From: Patescibacteria group bacterium
GTDB taxonomy: Bacteria; Patescibacteriota; Patescibacteriia; UBA10025; JAHIVO01
Direction: 5' to 3'
Assembly (NCBI GenBank): GCA_041650915.1
Contig: JBAZKE010000003.1
Coordinates: forward strand, 21,226 to 85,225
Length of the DNA stretch: 64,000 bases
Position numbers and translations under genes: made by a program. A model generated the notes under the pieces. That model was not told the DNA's origin and made no database searches. It saw nothing but the letters and a program-made list of their open reading frames with translations. This document shows positions 1-9,772 of the stretch, piece after piece. Position 1 is the first letter of the stretch. Every line of letters begins with the position of its first letter.

Positions 1-3000
1 CCTCAAATGCTTTCTACGTTGATAATATTGAGATGAGGGAGGTGTACGATAGTCTGTACCGGATACGGGATTCATACGCCTCGTGCTCGGGATACGAGAA
101 CTGCGACCGGTACACGGATGTGGACAGGAACACGCACTACCTCAAGTCATTCTCGAGGCTCTGCTCCGAGGATAAGGTAGGGTGTGAAGCATTTTTCGAT
201 ACCCAGAACAGCACCGAGACCGGCGCCACGGTGTACCGCCTCTCATCTGAGCCGCTCACGGCTGCGCGGGGCGATATGAATGCAAATGGTTCTATTGATA
301 TCGGTGACCTGACGGTACTCACCAACTACCTCTATATTAATAGCGATATCGTACCTACACCAGCTGACGTGGCTGACGTCAACGCCGACGGGCGCATCAA
401 TGAAGCAGACCTGCTTTACCTCAATGACAATTTATACTTTGGCGGTCCGTTCCCGACCCCGGCTGAGGCGTATCCGTCGCGGTACATTCCCGCAGATGCT
501 ACCATCACCCTCGTCAACGATGCGAACAAGGGCTGTGTTGCCGGTGACAAGGGCTGTTCGAGGCTCGGGTCGCCCACGATTGATGTGGATGGGGGCTTAT
601 CGTATTACACCGACGTTTATCTCAAGAATAATCCGGACCTGTATGACAGCATCCTGTGCAGCTATAACGATAACATGTGTGAAGAGTATACGACTGCCGG
701 CGGCGCAAAGCTTTACTTCAAAAATCCCGGGGCGCAGGTATGCGAGTACAAGCGCGTCGTCGGGCAGAATACGTCAGGCTGGTATAAGGTAGGGACTGAA
801 CAGGGCGTTCCGGACTGTCCGCTCTACACGGGCGTCTGCGTCGGAGGCGCGGACGACGGTGAACTCTGCAGTTCATTTGATATCCGCTGTGATAGCGGCG
901 TGTGCGAGAACCGCACAGAGCTCGTACCGCGGCCTGCGAACGGTTGGGTCGGGCTCTGTTCCTCTGCTGCGGTCGGGTGCACTGAATTTCGTGATCCGGA
1001 AGAGCCAACTGGCTGTGACGCGACGCTCGAAGATGGTACCGGCGTCGAGGGTTTGTACGATGATTGCGAGTCATACTACTATATTGACGAAACTATCGAC
1101 CAGTCGAGTTGCAACGGCCTCGTGGCGCGTGAAGAGGGCTGCCGCCTGTTCAACAATACGTCGAGCGGAGACCTCGTGTATGACAGCGCGGTTTCTGAGG
1201 ACGGCAGTACTCCAGTGCTCTGCACGGATCCGGCTGACTGTGATTCAAATACTATTGTGAAGGTCCGCAAGGACCGTGAGTGCGGCAAGTGGCTGGAGTG
1301 CAAGATGTCGGAACGGACATCCGGATCGGACGGTAAAGTGGAAGAACTCTGCCTCGCACGGTATATTTGCAGTGAAATGGATGAGGATACGGGCCATTGC
1401 ATTGAAGATGTTGACTTTGAGTATGTCAATCAGACATACTCCTCCCCCGCTTTTGTTGAAGAGATCGGAAATTATTCCGGGTATGTGCTTGCCGGCCTCG
1501 AGTGGGGGCTGCGGTGCAAGAATGACCCCGGGGTCAGCTGTGAAGTTGACGCCGACTGTCCAGTTGGCGTGGACGGCAACGTGATTCCCAATGCGTGCCA
1601 GCAGCAGATTGTAGAAGGGTATCTTCCGTACCCGGCCATGGAAGAAGTTGGCGCAATCAGCATTTCAGGCGACATTGTCAAGAGCGGGGACATGGGAGAC
1701 TCAAACTACCGCGTCAACCAGCTGCTGAGCCTCGGGCTCTCGTGGATTGACTCGAATGCGATCAAGTACGCTGACAGGATCAGCCAGTCTGATCTCACCT
1801 GTGCACCGCCCTGCCCTTACTCAGGCGAGCTGTGGCCGATCTCGTGGTACCCGAAGGAATATGGAGGCAGCACCGCCTCGGTGTGGCTCGCTGAAGAGTC
1901 AGCGGAGAATCAAATCCCCTCCCTCAACGGAAACCTCGATGAGAATAACGTTCTCGATGTCGCGCCAGGGGGCGTCTGGACCGGGGCGTACTACAATCTC
2001 GGCACTGCGGTCAACCGCGGCGATGAGTACGGGGTGACCTTCTCAATCAGGACGGCCGCGCCGCCGCTCGTTGATGACCGGATTACCATCCAGATTGATT
2101 ACCGCAACGAGGCAGACGCGAATATCGGCTACTATACCGTTGGGTCAATACAAGCAAATACGCTCTGGGATGAGTATACCTTCGGCCCGTTTACGGTCGG
2201 ATTTGATGACAACGGCGATGAGATGGCATTCTCTTCGGCGTGGCTCAGCTTTGTCTACACGTACGAAGGCACGCCGGGCGATGAAGTCCCGTCGGAGTTT
2301 TTCCTCGATGATGTCACGATGGAGCCGTTCCTGCGGGCGAACTACGATCTCCGCTGCCGCGGCGGCGATGATGACGGGTTCAAGTGCGAGACTGACGCTG
2401 ACTGCGCTGCTCCGGGCATCTGCTATGACAATACGCTCATCGAACGCGACTGCCGCCTATACCCGTCCGCCGATGCGCCGTACTGCGAGTATGTCGATGA
2501 GAACAATACGACTCACCGCGGCTGGCAGGGGTATTGCCTCGAGCGCGATCCGGGCAATCCAAAGTACTGCCTCAACTGGTGGCCCGTCGACCTGCTGAAG
2601 GGGGAATCGTCCGCGCTCAGCACGCTGCCGCGCATTGAGTCGACGCTCCGGACGCCGATGTACATGTGCCTCGCGTCGCACGGCAACTACCTAGGGGACA
2701 CAAATCCGTTCGGCGGTTCCTACGCAAATATTGATGGTGGCGGGCGGTACATCTACCGTGAGACAAACCAGTTAACAGGGAGCTGGATTATAGAGATAAT
2801 TTCTTCATGTTTTGCGGCAGACTGGTGCGAAATATCCGGCTGTGACGATTATGACGCTCTTTGGAATGCGCGCAATACCCCTGTAACGTTTGCGATCTGC
2901 AGGGATGACAATAATTTTGCGTGGCGGACTCCCGAGATCCAAATTTTTATGGAGGATATTGAGAAGGTTGAATTCCTGACAATGTACGATCACTGCAACC

Positions 3001-4595
3001 ACAGCCTATCCTCCGGTACCCCTGGATTCACCATTGACGCTGGCGGCGTACAGCGGCAGGATACTGACGGGGACGGCTGCCATCCTGTGCAGCTCCGGAA
3101 GCGCATTGTCGCCGGTGAAAGCTTCCTGTGCCCGCTCGCCGGAGCGAGCTGCATCGTGTGGGAAGCCATACCGATTAATTGCGTGGGCGTGAGGGACTGC
3201 GTCGGCGGATTCCTCTCGTTCGCGCCTGCTATGTACGGCAACCGGCTCCTGCGATACGGGTACCGGCATAACGACGATACGGGGGAACACCGTGAATCCG
3301 CGGACATCGTGGTTGATTTCTACCTGCGTGAAACATGCCAGGAGTACGTTAAGGTCGTGGATGATGACGGGTCAAATAAGGCGTGGTTCTCCCGGGTGAG
3401 CTCATCGAGCGACTACGTTGTTGCTGAAGGAGTGGCGGGCAGCCCCGAGTACGTGTACGGCACCGACTACCCTCCATTCGGCAGCGCAGTGCCCGCGCGG
3501 GAAAACTGCGAACCCAATGGCGGGTCGAATGACCTGCTCAATCCCGAGGCGTGGGACGCGAGCTGTGCAGAGCCTGGGTACCAGCCGCTCCTCGTGCAGC
3601 TGCCGTACCCCGACCTCCAGAACGCGCGCGGCGGCTCTCCGTTAGGGTACAATTATATGGATACGACTCCGCCAATACCGCCATCGCTGCAAACAACCCC
3701 GAGCGGCATGTGCATTACGGCACTCAGCCACTCGCGCAACGGGGATACGTGCAGCAATGTTTCAACGGATTGCTGTGAAAATTGGAATGAGACATTGGGC
3801 AGGTGTGAGGAGCTGGATTCCGAAAATCACCCGATTTATCCTAAGTGTGTTGGCTTCTCGACGCTTTCCGGCGAGATCGCGGGCGGGAACTGGGGAGCTC
3901 CGGCAATTGCGGATGGCGCCCTCCTGCGGTTATTCGCGTACGGATACGGGAAGTGGGGGCTGCACAGCAATATTTCACCAGACGTCGATCCTCCCGGCGT
4001 GTGCGTGGGCGGCAGCAATCCGGGTACGGGCTGCTCGGTTCCTGAGGATTGCACGGGCGGCGGGACGTGCAGTCGTATCCAGCACTACCACAGCAGGAGC
4101 GCTTGGGCATACCAGAATCCATTCAATACGATGGCGCCATGCACGAATAATATCCGCCCGAACAGCTACCCGAACGATTATTGCGGCGTAGTTCCTGAGG
4201 TTACGGTGGTCGCCGGCACGGGAGGCAACATGCAGCCTGACGTCAGCTACATCAATCTCGGGCCGGACGGGGGCGAGGTGCAGCTCAACCTCACCATCAA
4301 TGCCAATCCCGACCAGCTTCCGATACGGCTTATCGAGGTGGACTGGGGAGAGCCCGGGAAGGTGTACACGACGAGCGGCAGCTTCGGTTCAGGCACCCTC
4401 ACCTTGACGAACAATTACCGCACGCCCGGCACGCACGTCATACAGGTACGCGTGGTTGATAACTGGGATTGGTGCGGCATCGATGCTGACGGCGATGTTG
4501 ACTGCGCAGTTGATGATTGCCGGTACATGATTGACGGCGATGGGTGCGATCCGGAATACATTGATACGGAGATTCGCGTCAATGTCGGCAGCTAA
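1..4595 (+). CDS. Giant Cys-rich secreted or surface protein, 5'-truncated by the window edge. No stop lies in frame upstream of 33. It carries a dockerin-like Ca-binding repeat pair and several Cx2DADC knots.
   Basis: Continuous 4.6-kb ORF. Two ~22-aa segments DMNANGSIDIGDLTVLTNYLY and DVNADGRINEADLLYLNDNLY match the dockerin type I duplicated loop-helix pattern. Cys-rich motifs such as CETDADCAAPGIC and CEVDADCPVG recur. Cys content is high throughout. Confidence 0.7.
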   Translation, partial: SNAFYVDNIEMREVYDSLYRIRDSYASCSGYENCDRYTDVDRNTHYLKSFSRLCSEDKVGCEAFFDTQNSTETGATVYRLSSEPLTAARGDMNANGSIDIGDLTVLTNYLYINSDIVPTPADVADVNADGRINEADLLYLNDNLYFGGPFPTPAEAYPSRYIPADATITLVNDANKGCVAGDKGCSRLGSPTIDVDGGLSYYTDVYLKNNPDLYDSILCSYNDNMCEEYTTAGGAKLYFKNPGAQVCEYKRVVGQNTSGWYKVGTEQGVPDCPLYTGVCVGGADDGELCSSFDIRCDSGVCENRTELVPRPANGWVGLCSSAAVGCTEFRDPEEPTGCDATLEDGTGVEGLYDDCESYYYIDETIDQSSCNGLVAREEGCRLFNNTSSGDLVYDSAVSEDGSTPVLCTDPADCDSNTIVKVRKDRECGKWLECKMSERTSGSDGKVEELCLARYICSEMDEDTGHCIEDVDFEYVNQTYSSPAFVEEIGNYSGYVLAGLEWGLRCKNDPGVSCEVDADCPVGVDGNVIPNACQQQIVEGYLPYPAMEEVGAISISGDIVKSGDMGDSNYRVNQLLSLGLSWIDSNAIKYADRISQSDLTCAPPCPYSGELWPISWYPKEYGGSTASVWLAEESAENQIPSLNGNLDENNVLDVAPGGVWTGAYYNLGTAVNRGDEYGVTFSIRTAAPPLVDDRITIQIDYRNEADANIGYYTVGSIQANTLWDEYTFGPFTVGFDDNGDEMAFSSAWLSFVYTYEGTPGDEVPSEFFLDDVTMEPFLRANYDLRCRGGDDDGFKCETDADCAAPGICYDNTLIERDCRLYPSADAPYCEYVDENNTTHRGWQGYCLERDPGNPKYCLNWWPVDLLKGESSALSTLPRIESTLRTPMYMCLASHGNYLGDTNPFGGSYANIDGGGRYIYRETNQLTGSWIIEIISSCFAADWCEISGCDDYDALWNARNTPVTFAICRDDNNFAWRTPEIQIFMEDIEKVEFLTMYDHCNHSLSSGTPGFTIDAGGVQRQDTDGDGCHPVQLRKRIVAGESFLCPLAGASCIVWEAIPINCVGVRDCVGGFLSFAPAMYGNRLLRYGYRHNDDTGEHRESADIVVDFYLRETCQEYVKVVDDDGSNKAWFSRVSSSSDYVVAEGVAGSPEYVYGTDYPPFGSAVPARENCEPNGGSNDLLNPEAWDASCAEPGYQPLLVQLPYPDLQNARGGSPLGYNYMDTTPPIPPSLQTTPSGMCITALSHSRNGDTCSNVSTDCCENWNETLGRCEELDSENHPIYPKCVGFSTLSGEIAGGNWGAPAIADGALLRLFAYGYGKWGLHSNISPDVDPPGVCVGGSNPGTGCSVPEDCTGGGTCSRIQHYHSRSAWAYQNPFNTMAPCTNNIRPNSYPNDYCGVVPEVTVVAGTGGNMQPDVSYINLGPDGGEVQLNLTINANPDQLPIRLIEVDWGEPGKVYTTSGSFGSGTLTLTNNYRTPGTHVIQVRVVDNWDWCGIDADGDVDCAVDDCRYMIDGDGCDPEYIDTEIRVNVGS

Positions 4596-4656
4596 CGGCA
4601 GCGGGAACAGGCGACTTGGATTAATTTTCACCTTTTTTGCTATCAGCAGACGCAAT

Positions 4657-7600
4657 ATGTTTCGATACCTGAAAAACAGGCTCTTCCGCGCACTCGCCGC
4701 GAAGCCCCGTACGTCGAAGGCGGTGCTGACGGCGCTCGTTGCGTTTGTGCTGCTCGGCATCAATGTTTTTGCATTTGCGACACCCGCCCAGGCGGGCTTC
4801 ATCGGCGATATTGTCGGATTGGCGCTTGACCCGATCGTCAACGTTATTGCGAGCATCATGCTGTTTATTGCGACGATACTGGGCAAGTTATTAGTCGTGC
4901 TCATCGATATTTTACTCAACATCGTCAAGTACAACGATTTTACCAATGCGCGCGCGGTGGAGATCGGGTGGGTTGTCGTCCGCGACCTGTGCAACATGTT
5001 CTTTATCGTCGTGCTGCTCATCATCGCGTTTGGCACCATCTTCCGCATCGAGAACTACAAATACAACAGGCTGCTGCCCAAGCTGATTCTCATGGCGGTG
5101 CTCATCAATTTTTCCAAGCTCATTGCGGGATTCCTCATTGATCTCGGGCAGGTCGTCATGATGACGTTTGTCAATGCGTTTGCGGACGCTGCGGCGACGA
5201 ATTTTACAAGCGCGTTCAAGCTGCAGCAGATGCTCGGATTTTTGGATAATACCGGGGGCGGAACAGGCGGCGGTCCGAGCAACTGGTCGCTCCTCGGGGG
5301 GCCGTTCCTCGCCATCATGCTGCTCATCGTCGCCCTCATGGTCATGCTCGCGATGGTGGTCGTGTTCCTCACGCGCATCATCATGCTGTGGATCTTGGTC
5401 GCCGTTTCGCCGCTCGCCTTTTTGCTCGAGGTGCTGCCTGGCGGCTCAAAGTACGCACAGCAGTGGTGGTCGAAGTTCGGGCAGTGGGTTACGACCGGCC
5501 CGATCCTTGCCTTTTTCCTGTGGCTGTCGCTCGCGGTGCTGTCAACGAGGGACATCGAGCTCGGGATTCAGGATACCGTGATCACGGAGCAGCCCAGCGG
5601 CGGCGGCGTCGTCTCGGCGGGGCTGTCGGCCGTTTCTACCTCGAAGAACATGGTCGGCTTCATGTTTTCAATCGCGATGATGCTCATATCCCTGTCCATT
5701 GCCGGCGGGCTCGGCGGTGTTGCGGGCAGCGTTGCCGGAAAAATGACAGATAAGGTCCGCGCGATGGGTTCCGCCCCATTCAGGAGCTCGAGCCTCATCG
5801 GAAAAGGCAGGAAGGCGCTGACCGGGTACGTTGGAGAAGAGCTCGGCTCGCGGCTCGGTATCGCCTCGGTGCGGGACAAGTGGAAAGAGGGGTGGCAGCG
5901 GCACCGTGAGCGGACCCGCCGCGACCGTATCAGTAAAATGAGGGCAAAGGCGGCGGAACGCGGCGGTGTACTGGGAACGCTCGCCACGCCGACCCAGTTT
6001 TTTGACCAGTACTGGGGCGCGAAGGGCATCAAGCGCGCGTTCCAAGAGGGGATCGGAGGCAAGAAGTCGAGGGAAGCTGACAATAGGATGAAAACGGCAA
6101 AGGAAAAGTATGAGGCAACAAAGGAAGAGGCTGATACGCTCGATACGGTTGCAAATGGGCCTACCATGCACGAGTACCGGGGGTATATGGACAATAAGCG
6201 GGCGCTCACGCGGAAGTTCGATACGGCACGGCAAATGGGGTCAACTCTTGAGGTAAGCGACGATGCGGATAATCCGGACGGCATTGCTGATATTCTCGCT
6301 GCAGCGGGGAATAAAAAGAAGGAACTCGAAGGCCTGGCCGCCATTGAAGCGCGTAAAATAAAGGAAGCCAATGACGAGAAGAAAGAAATCGGCGCACTGT
6401 CGCCTGAGAGAACGGCAAAGCTGGATGAGGACATCAAAACGTATGTAGCGGACTATGAAAAGTATAAGAAAGAAGCAGCGGAAATAGAAGTTGCACTCAC
6501 TGAAGGTAAAAGGACGCGTACGATCAAGCTCAAACCAGAGTGGGAATTTACGGCTGAGTCGCGTAAAGAGCTCGATGCCACGATCGGGAAGATGGAGGCG
6601 TACTATAAGGAGGGCAAGCTCGCAAAAAGCAAGGCAGGCCGGGATGAGCTGCAGACTGCACTCGCTGCAATCCGGGCAAGAGAGGAAGTGGAGAAGCGGA
6701 ATTTTTTTACTGCGCGCCAGGAAGCTGACAGAATTCGGCCTGCATTCAACTTTGAAATGCTCCGTGAGCAGGCGCTTGATATCGCAAAAGAAAAGTCAGA
6801 AATGCTCACGGACAGCTGGCAAGAGCTCTGGGAGATACACCAGGACGCTGAGCGGCGCGGCGATTCTACGCGGGCAGCTGCTGCATACCTCAAAGCAACG
6901 GAGTATGCAAATGACAATGAGATACAAAATATGGCCGGTGACGGGAGCGGAGCCGAGGGGTTGAAATCGTTCATCATGAACCGGTACGTAGGCAAGAAAG
7001 GCTTTAAACACAATCAGGCTGCGATTGACGCATGGGAAACAGAAAACCCCGGAACCAAGATTGAAGAAGAAGGGATGGGCTTGTCGGAAGCTCAGGCACT
7101 CAACATTGCCAATTTGGTGTCATATGCCGCGGAAAAAGCCGGCCACTGGATGAATGCGCGTGCCGTGGGAGTTGAGAACGGCAAGCAGTTCTGGCAGAAG
7201 GAGAATGATCGCCTGATCGAGCAGATAGCTGAGATCAGGAAAATCGACCCTGAAACATTCCAGCGCCGCGTGAACCGGCTCGGGTGGGGCATTGAGCTGC
7301 CCAAAGGGGGGGAAGACCGCGCTGAACGTGCACGCAACTTCCAGCTGACCGGCGAACGGGAATTTAAAAATAGCCCGTTTGCGCTTGCCTTTTTTGAGGA
7401 CAACTGGAAGCGGTGGGAAGAGCTGCTCAGCCGGGGCCGGTTCAATGAGAGCGTCGCGCTCAGCATCACGAGCGGTGAAAACTATGATGAGCTAAAGCGG
7501 CTTGCCGCATTCCAAAAAACAACAGACGTGACGGCAAAGGGCGGCTGGAGTATGGAGAGGATGGTGGATGAGATTAAAAAATTCGGGGCCTCCCGCAGCG

Positions 7601-7770
7601 GCGATCCGTTTAGGGTTATCAGAGAAAAAACGTGGATGAAGACAGAAGGAGGAGGCAAACTCATGGAGAAAGAGTACTATACGGGCAAGCCGTCGCCGGA
7701 TCAGGAAAAAGAGTTGAAAACTTCGATTCCGGGCATCAAGAAAAAAACAAAGGAAGAAAAGCAACCATAG
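4657..7770 (+). CDS. TrbL/VirB6-like polytopic membrane protein of a T4SS-like system, with a long charged coiled-coil C-terminal extension.
   Basis: The first ATG after the upstream stop at 4595 is at 4657, in frame with ORF 4531..7770. About 7 hydrophobic helices fill the first ~400 aa. The remaining ~600 aa are K/E-rich. A VirB3/VirB4 cluster lies downstream. Confidence 0.55.
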   Translation: MFRYLKNRLFRALAAKPRTSKAVLTALVAFVLLGINVFAFATPAQAGFIGDIVGLALDPIVNVIASIMLFIATILGKLLVVLIDILLNIVKYNDFTNARAVEIGWVVVRDLCNMFFIVVLLIIAFGTIFRIENYKYNRLLPKLILMAVLINFSKLIAGFLIDLGQVVMMTFVNAFADAAATNFTSAFKLQQMLGFLDNTGGGTGGGPSNWSLLGGPFLAIMLLIVALMVMLAMVVVFLTRIIMLWILVAVSPLAFLLEVLPGGSKYAQQWWSKFGQWVTTGPILAFFLWLSLAVLSTRDIELGIQDTVITEQPSGGGVVSAGLSAVSTSKNMVGFMFSIAMMLISLSIAGGLGGVAGSVAGKMTDKVRAMGSAPFRSSSLIGKGRKALTGYVGEELGSRLGIASVRDKWKEGWQRHRERTRRDRISKMRAKAAERGGVLGTLATPTQFFDQYWGAKGIKRAFQEGIGGKKSREADNRMKTAKEKYEATKEEADTLDTVANGPTMHEYRGYMDNKRALTRKFDTARQMGSTLEVSDDADNPDGIADILAAAGNKKKELEGLAAIEARKIKEANDEKKEIGALSPERTAKLDEDIKTYVADYEKYKKEAAEIEVALTEGKRTRTIKLKPEWEFTAESRKELDATIGKMEAYYKEGKLAKSKAGRDELQTALAAIRAREEVEKRNFFTARQEADRIRPAFNFEMLREQALDIAKEKSEMLTDSWQELWEIHQDAERRGDSTRAAAAYLKATEYANDNEIQNMAGDGSGAEGLKSFIMNRYVGKKGFKHNQAAIDAWETENPGTKIEEEGMGLSEAQALNIANLVSYAAEKAGHWMNARAVGVENGKQFWQKENDRLIEQIAEIRKIDPETFQRRVNRLGWGIELPKGGEDRAERARNFQLTGEREFKNSPFALAFFEDNWKRWEELLSRGRFNESVALSITSGENYDELKRLAAFQKTTDVTAKGGWSMERMVDEIKKFGASRSGDPFRVIREKTWMKTEGGGKLMEKEYYTGKPSPDQEKELKTSIPGIKKKTKEEKQP

Positions 7771-7773
7771 CAT

Positions 7774-9723
7774 ATGGCGGATGACAAAATAAAAGAACCA
7801 GGAGTAGGAGCAGGCACGATCGACCTGCGCGATCCGCAGTGGAAAACGCAGGCTGAAGCGTACGTCCGCTGGATCGTCACGTTTGATGAGCTGCGGGACG
7901 CATACCTGTTTGGGAAGCTGCTCGCTGATTCGATGAAGGCGATCGTGAATTTTGATACCGAGCACCGGGAGCTTGCCGGTTTCTATCGCGGCAAACTCGC
8001 GCTCGTGCGCGCCGTTTCGCTCTCGATGCAGCCTGAAGACATTTTCCTCGGATTTTTCCAAGATGATATCTGCATTGCGCTTCAGCATGAGGATATCGAC
8101 CTCCTCGAAAAGATTGACGCCCGGGTCATCAATGAGATCATTCTTGAGGACCGCGATGCGCTCAAAAAAAAGGCGCATGACCGCCTCGTAAAAAACCAGC
8201 GGGAACTCACGAAGAATAAAATAACCGTCGGGGGCGAACTCGTGCCGCCGACCATTGAAAACTGGCTCCGGCACTACAATGCAGCCGCCAGCGCCGATCA
8301 GTCCGTCCGGTCGCTCAAGCAGGCAGAATACCTTGTTCGGGTGAAGGGTGAGGGGCTTATTGATGAGCACGAGCGTCTTGTCCTCCGGCGCCTCATCGAT
8401 GTGTATGAGCACCTCAAGCTGTCGTCGCTGAGCGTCGAGGGAATCGAAGAAAATTTCAGCATTAACCAGGGCGGAAAAAAGAAGATCGTCGCAGACGGGC
8501 GCGTTGAAGAGGTGCCTGTCGAGCAGCTCAAAAAGAAGCTCGAGCGTGCAATAAAAATCCAGAAGTCTGTGCAGGGCGGCAGCAAGCAGTACTCCCCCGA
8601 AGATATCACGGGAGAGCAGCGTGAGCGGTACCTCGAGTACCGGTCGGCCATTATGGAAAAAGTGGAAGACCTGCGCGCTGAAGCCGGCAACGATACCGAT
8701 AAAATCAAGGGCATATTCGCGCGGGCCTACGATATCAAAGATGCCGATGAAGTGACAGCGTGCCTGTACCACCTGGCTGCCGAGGGCGAGCTTCAGGGTG
8801 CACTCGTCGAAAACCGCAGCTGGCTCGATGGGACAAAGAAGTACGCAGAAGACAAGTTCGGCAGCGCCGATGCAGCTGAGGCCGTCAATAAAAAGCCGAC
8901 GGGCCGGGAGTCACTCTCCCTGTTCCTCCAATACGCGCTGCTCGACCGCCTGCGTTTTTCACAGAGTGAGAGTGCGTTGATTGGGATGGATGTCGGCGCG
9001 CTCATGGGCGGCCAGTACCAGGGCATGGCATACTGGGACCAGGAGAAAGGACTATTCGAGTGGACGGAACTGGAGCTCCGCGATGGAGACATCACCGCAA
9101 AGGCAGCGGCTCTAGAGGCGGCCGTGCTGGAGCCGGTAGCGCCCGCAGGATCAGTATCAAGAGAGGCTGCGGGAAGTGAGGAGAACGCGATTGATCGCCT
9201 CCGGCACAAGTATGGCGCTTTCCGCGCGCTGCGCTCCGTCGTCCTGTCAATCGAGGATGAGGTACTCGTCCGTACGAAGGGGGATCCGGAAGCGCTCAAG
9301 CGGGAACTGTCCGCGGCGGTCCGTGAAAAGAATCAAGACCGCGCCATCGCGTGCTTAAAAATTCTTGCAGCCCAGAGGACGCTTGCGGTTTCGATTAAGG
9401 ACAGCAGAGCGTGGGTGGATGCCCTGGCAGATCATCTCAGGGAAAAGTACCATGCGAAAAATTCTCCCGAAGAGATCGAGCGTGCCATCCGCGCCATGAG
9501 GATTGATTCTTCCTCGCCAGCGGTTTTATCCGAATTTCTCCAATACATCTTGATCAGCAAGCTCGGAATGCAGGCGGCTGATGCCGCACTTATTGCCTCC
9601 GATATTGGTCAGCTGATTGGGAGCGAATACCAGGCTATCGCGTACGGCAGCGAGGAGAGCGGTACGTTTGAGTGGGCAACAAATTCAATCCAAAACGGCG
9701 TGTTCGCAGCGCAGGAGGGCTAG
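7774..9723 (+). CDS. Hypothetical alpha-helical protein with an internally duplicated C-terminal domain. It is translationally coupled to the VirB6-like gene.
   Basis: Its start lies 3 nt after the upstream stop. Two ~70-aa segments are homologous: SLSLFLQYALLDRLRF...YQGMAYWDQEKGLFEW and VLSEFLQYILISKLGM...YQAIAYGSEESGTFEW. Confidence 0.6.
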   Translation: MADDKIKEPGVGAGTIDLRDPQWKTQAEAYVRWIVTFDELRDAYLFGKLLADSMKAIVNFDTEHRELAGFYRGKLALVRAVSLSMQPEDIFLGFFQDDICIALQHEDIDLLEKIDARVINEIILEDRDALKKKAHDRLVKNQRELTKNKITVGGELVPPTIENWLRHYNAAASADQSVRSLKQAEYLVRVKGEGLIDEHERLVLRRLIDVYEHLKLSSLSVEGIEENFSINQGGKKKIVADGRVEEVPVEQLKKKLERAIKIQKSVQGGSKQYSPEDITGEQRERYLEYRSAIMEKVEDLRAEAGNDTDKIKGIFARAYDIKDADEVTACLYHLAAEGELQGALVENRSWLDGTKKYAEDKFGSADAAEAVNKKPTGRESLSLFLQYALLDRLRFSQSESALIGMDVGALMGGQYQGMAYWDQEKGLFEWTELELRDGDITAKAAALEAAVLEPVAPAGSVSREAAGSEENAIDRLRHKYGAFRALRSVVLSIEDEVLVRTKGDPEALKRELSAAVREKNQDRAIACLKILAAQRTLAVSIKDSRAWVDALADHLREKYHAKNSPEEIERAIRAMRIDSSSPAVLSEFLQYILISKLGMQAADAALIASDIGQLIGSEYQAIAYGSEESGTFEWATNSIQNGVFAAQEG

Positions 9724-9772
9724 CATCCGGCCGCTGGCGGGTGAAATGCAGCCAGCATTGGTTGATGTGCAA

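Noticed and set aside
4389-5048. 219-aa ORF antisense to the junction of the giant gene and the VirB6-like gene
   Set aside because: It lies entirely within better-supported coding sequence on the opposite strand. High GC3 produces long stop-free shadows.
5568-6437. 289-aa minus-strand ORF inside the VirB6-like gene
   Set aside because: Shadow ORF antisense to a gene with clear TM and coiled-coil features.
7492-8772. 426-aa minus-strand ORF spanning 7774..9723
   Set aside because: Antisense shadow of the coupled + strand gene. No features.
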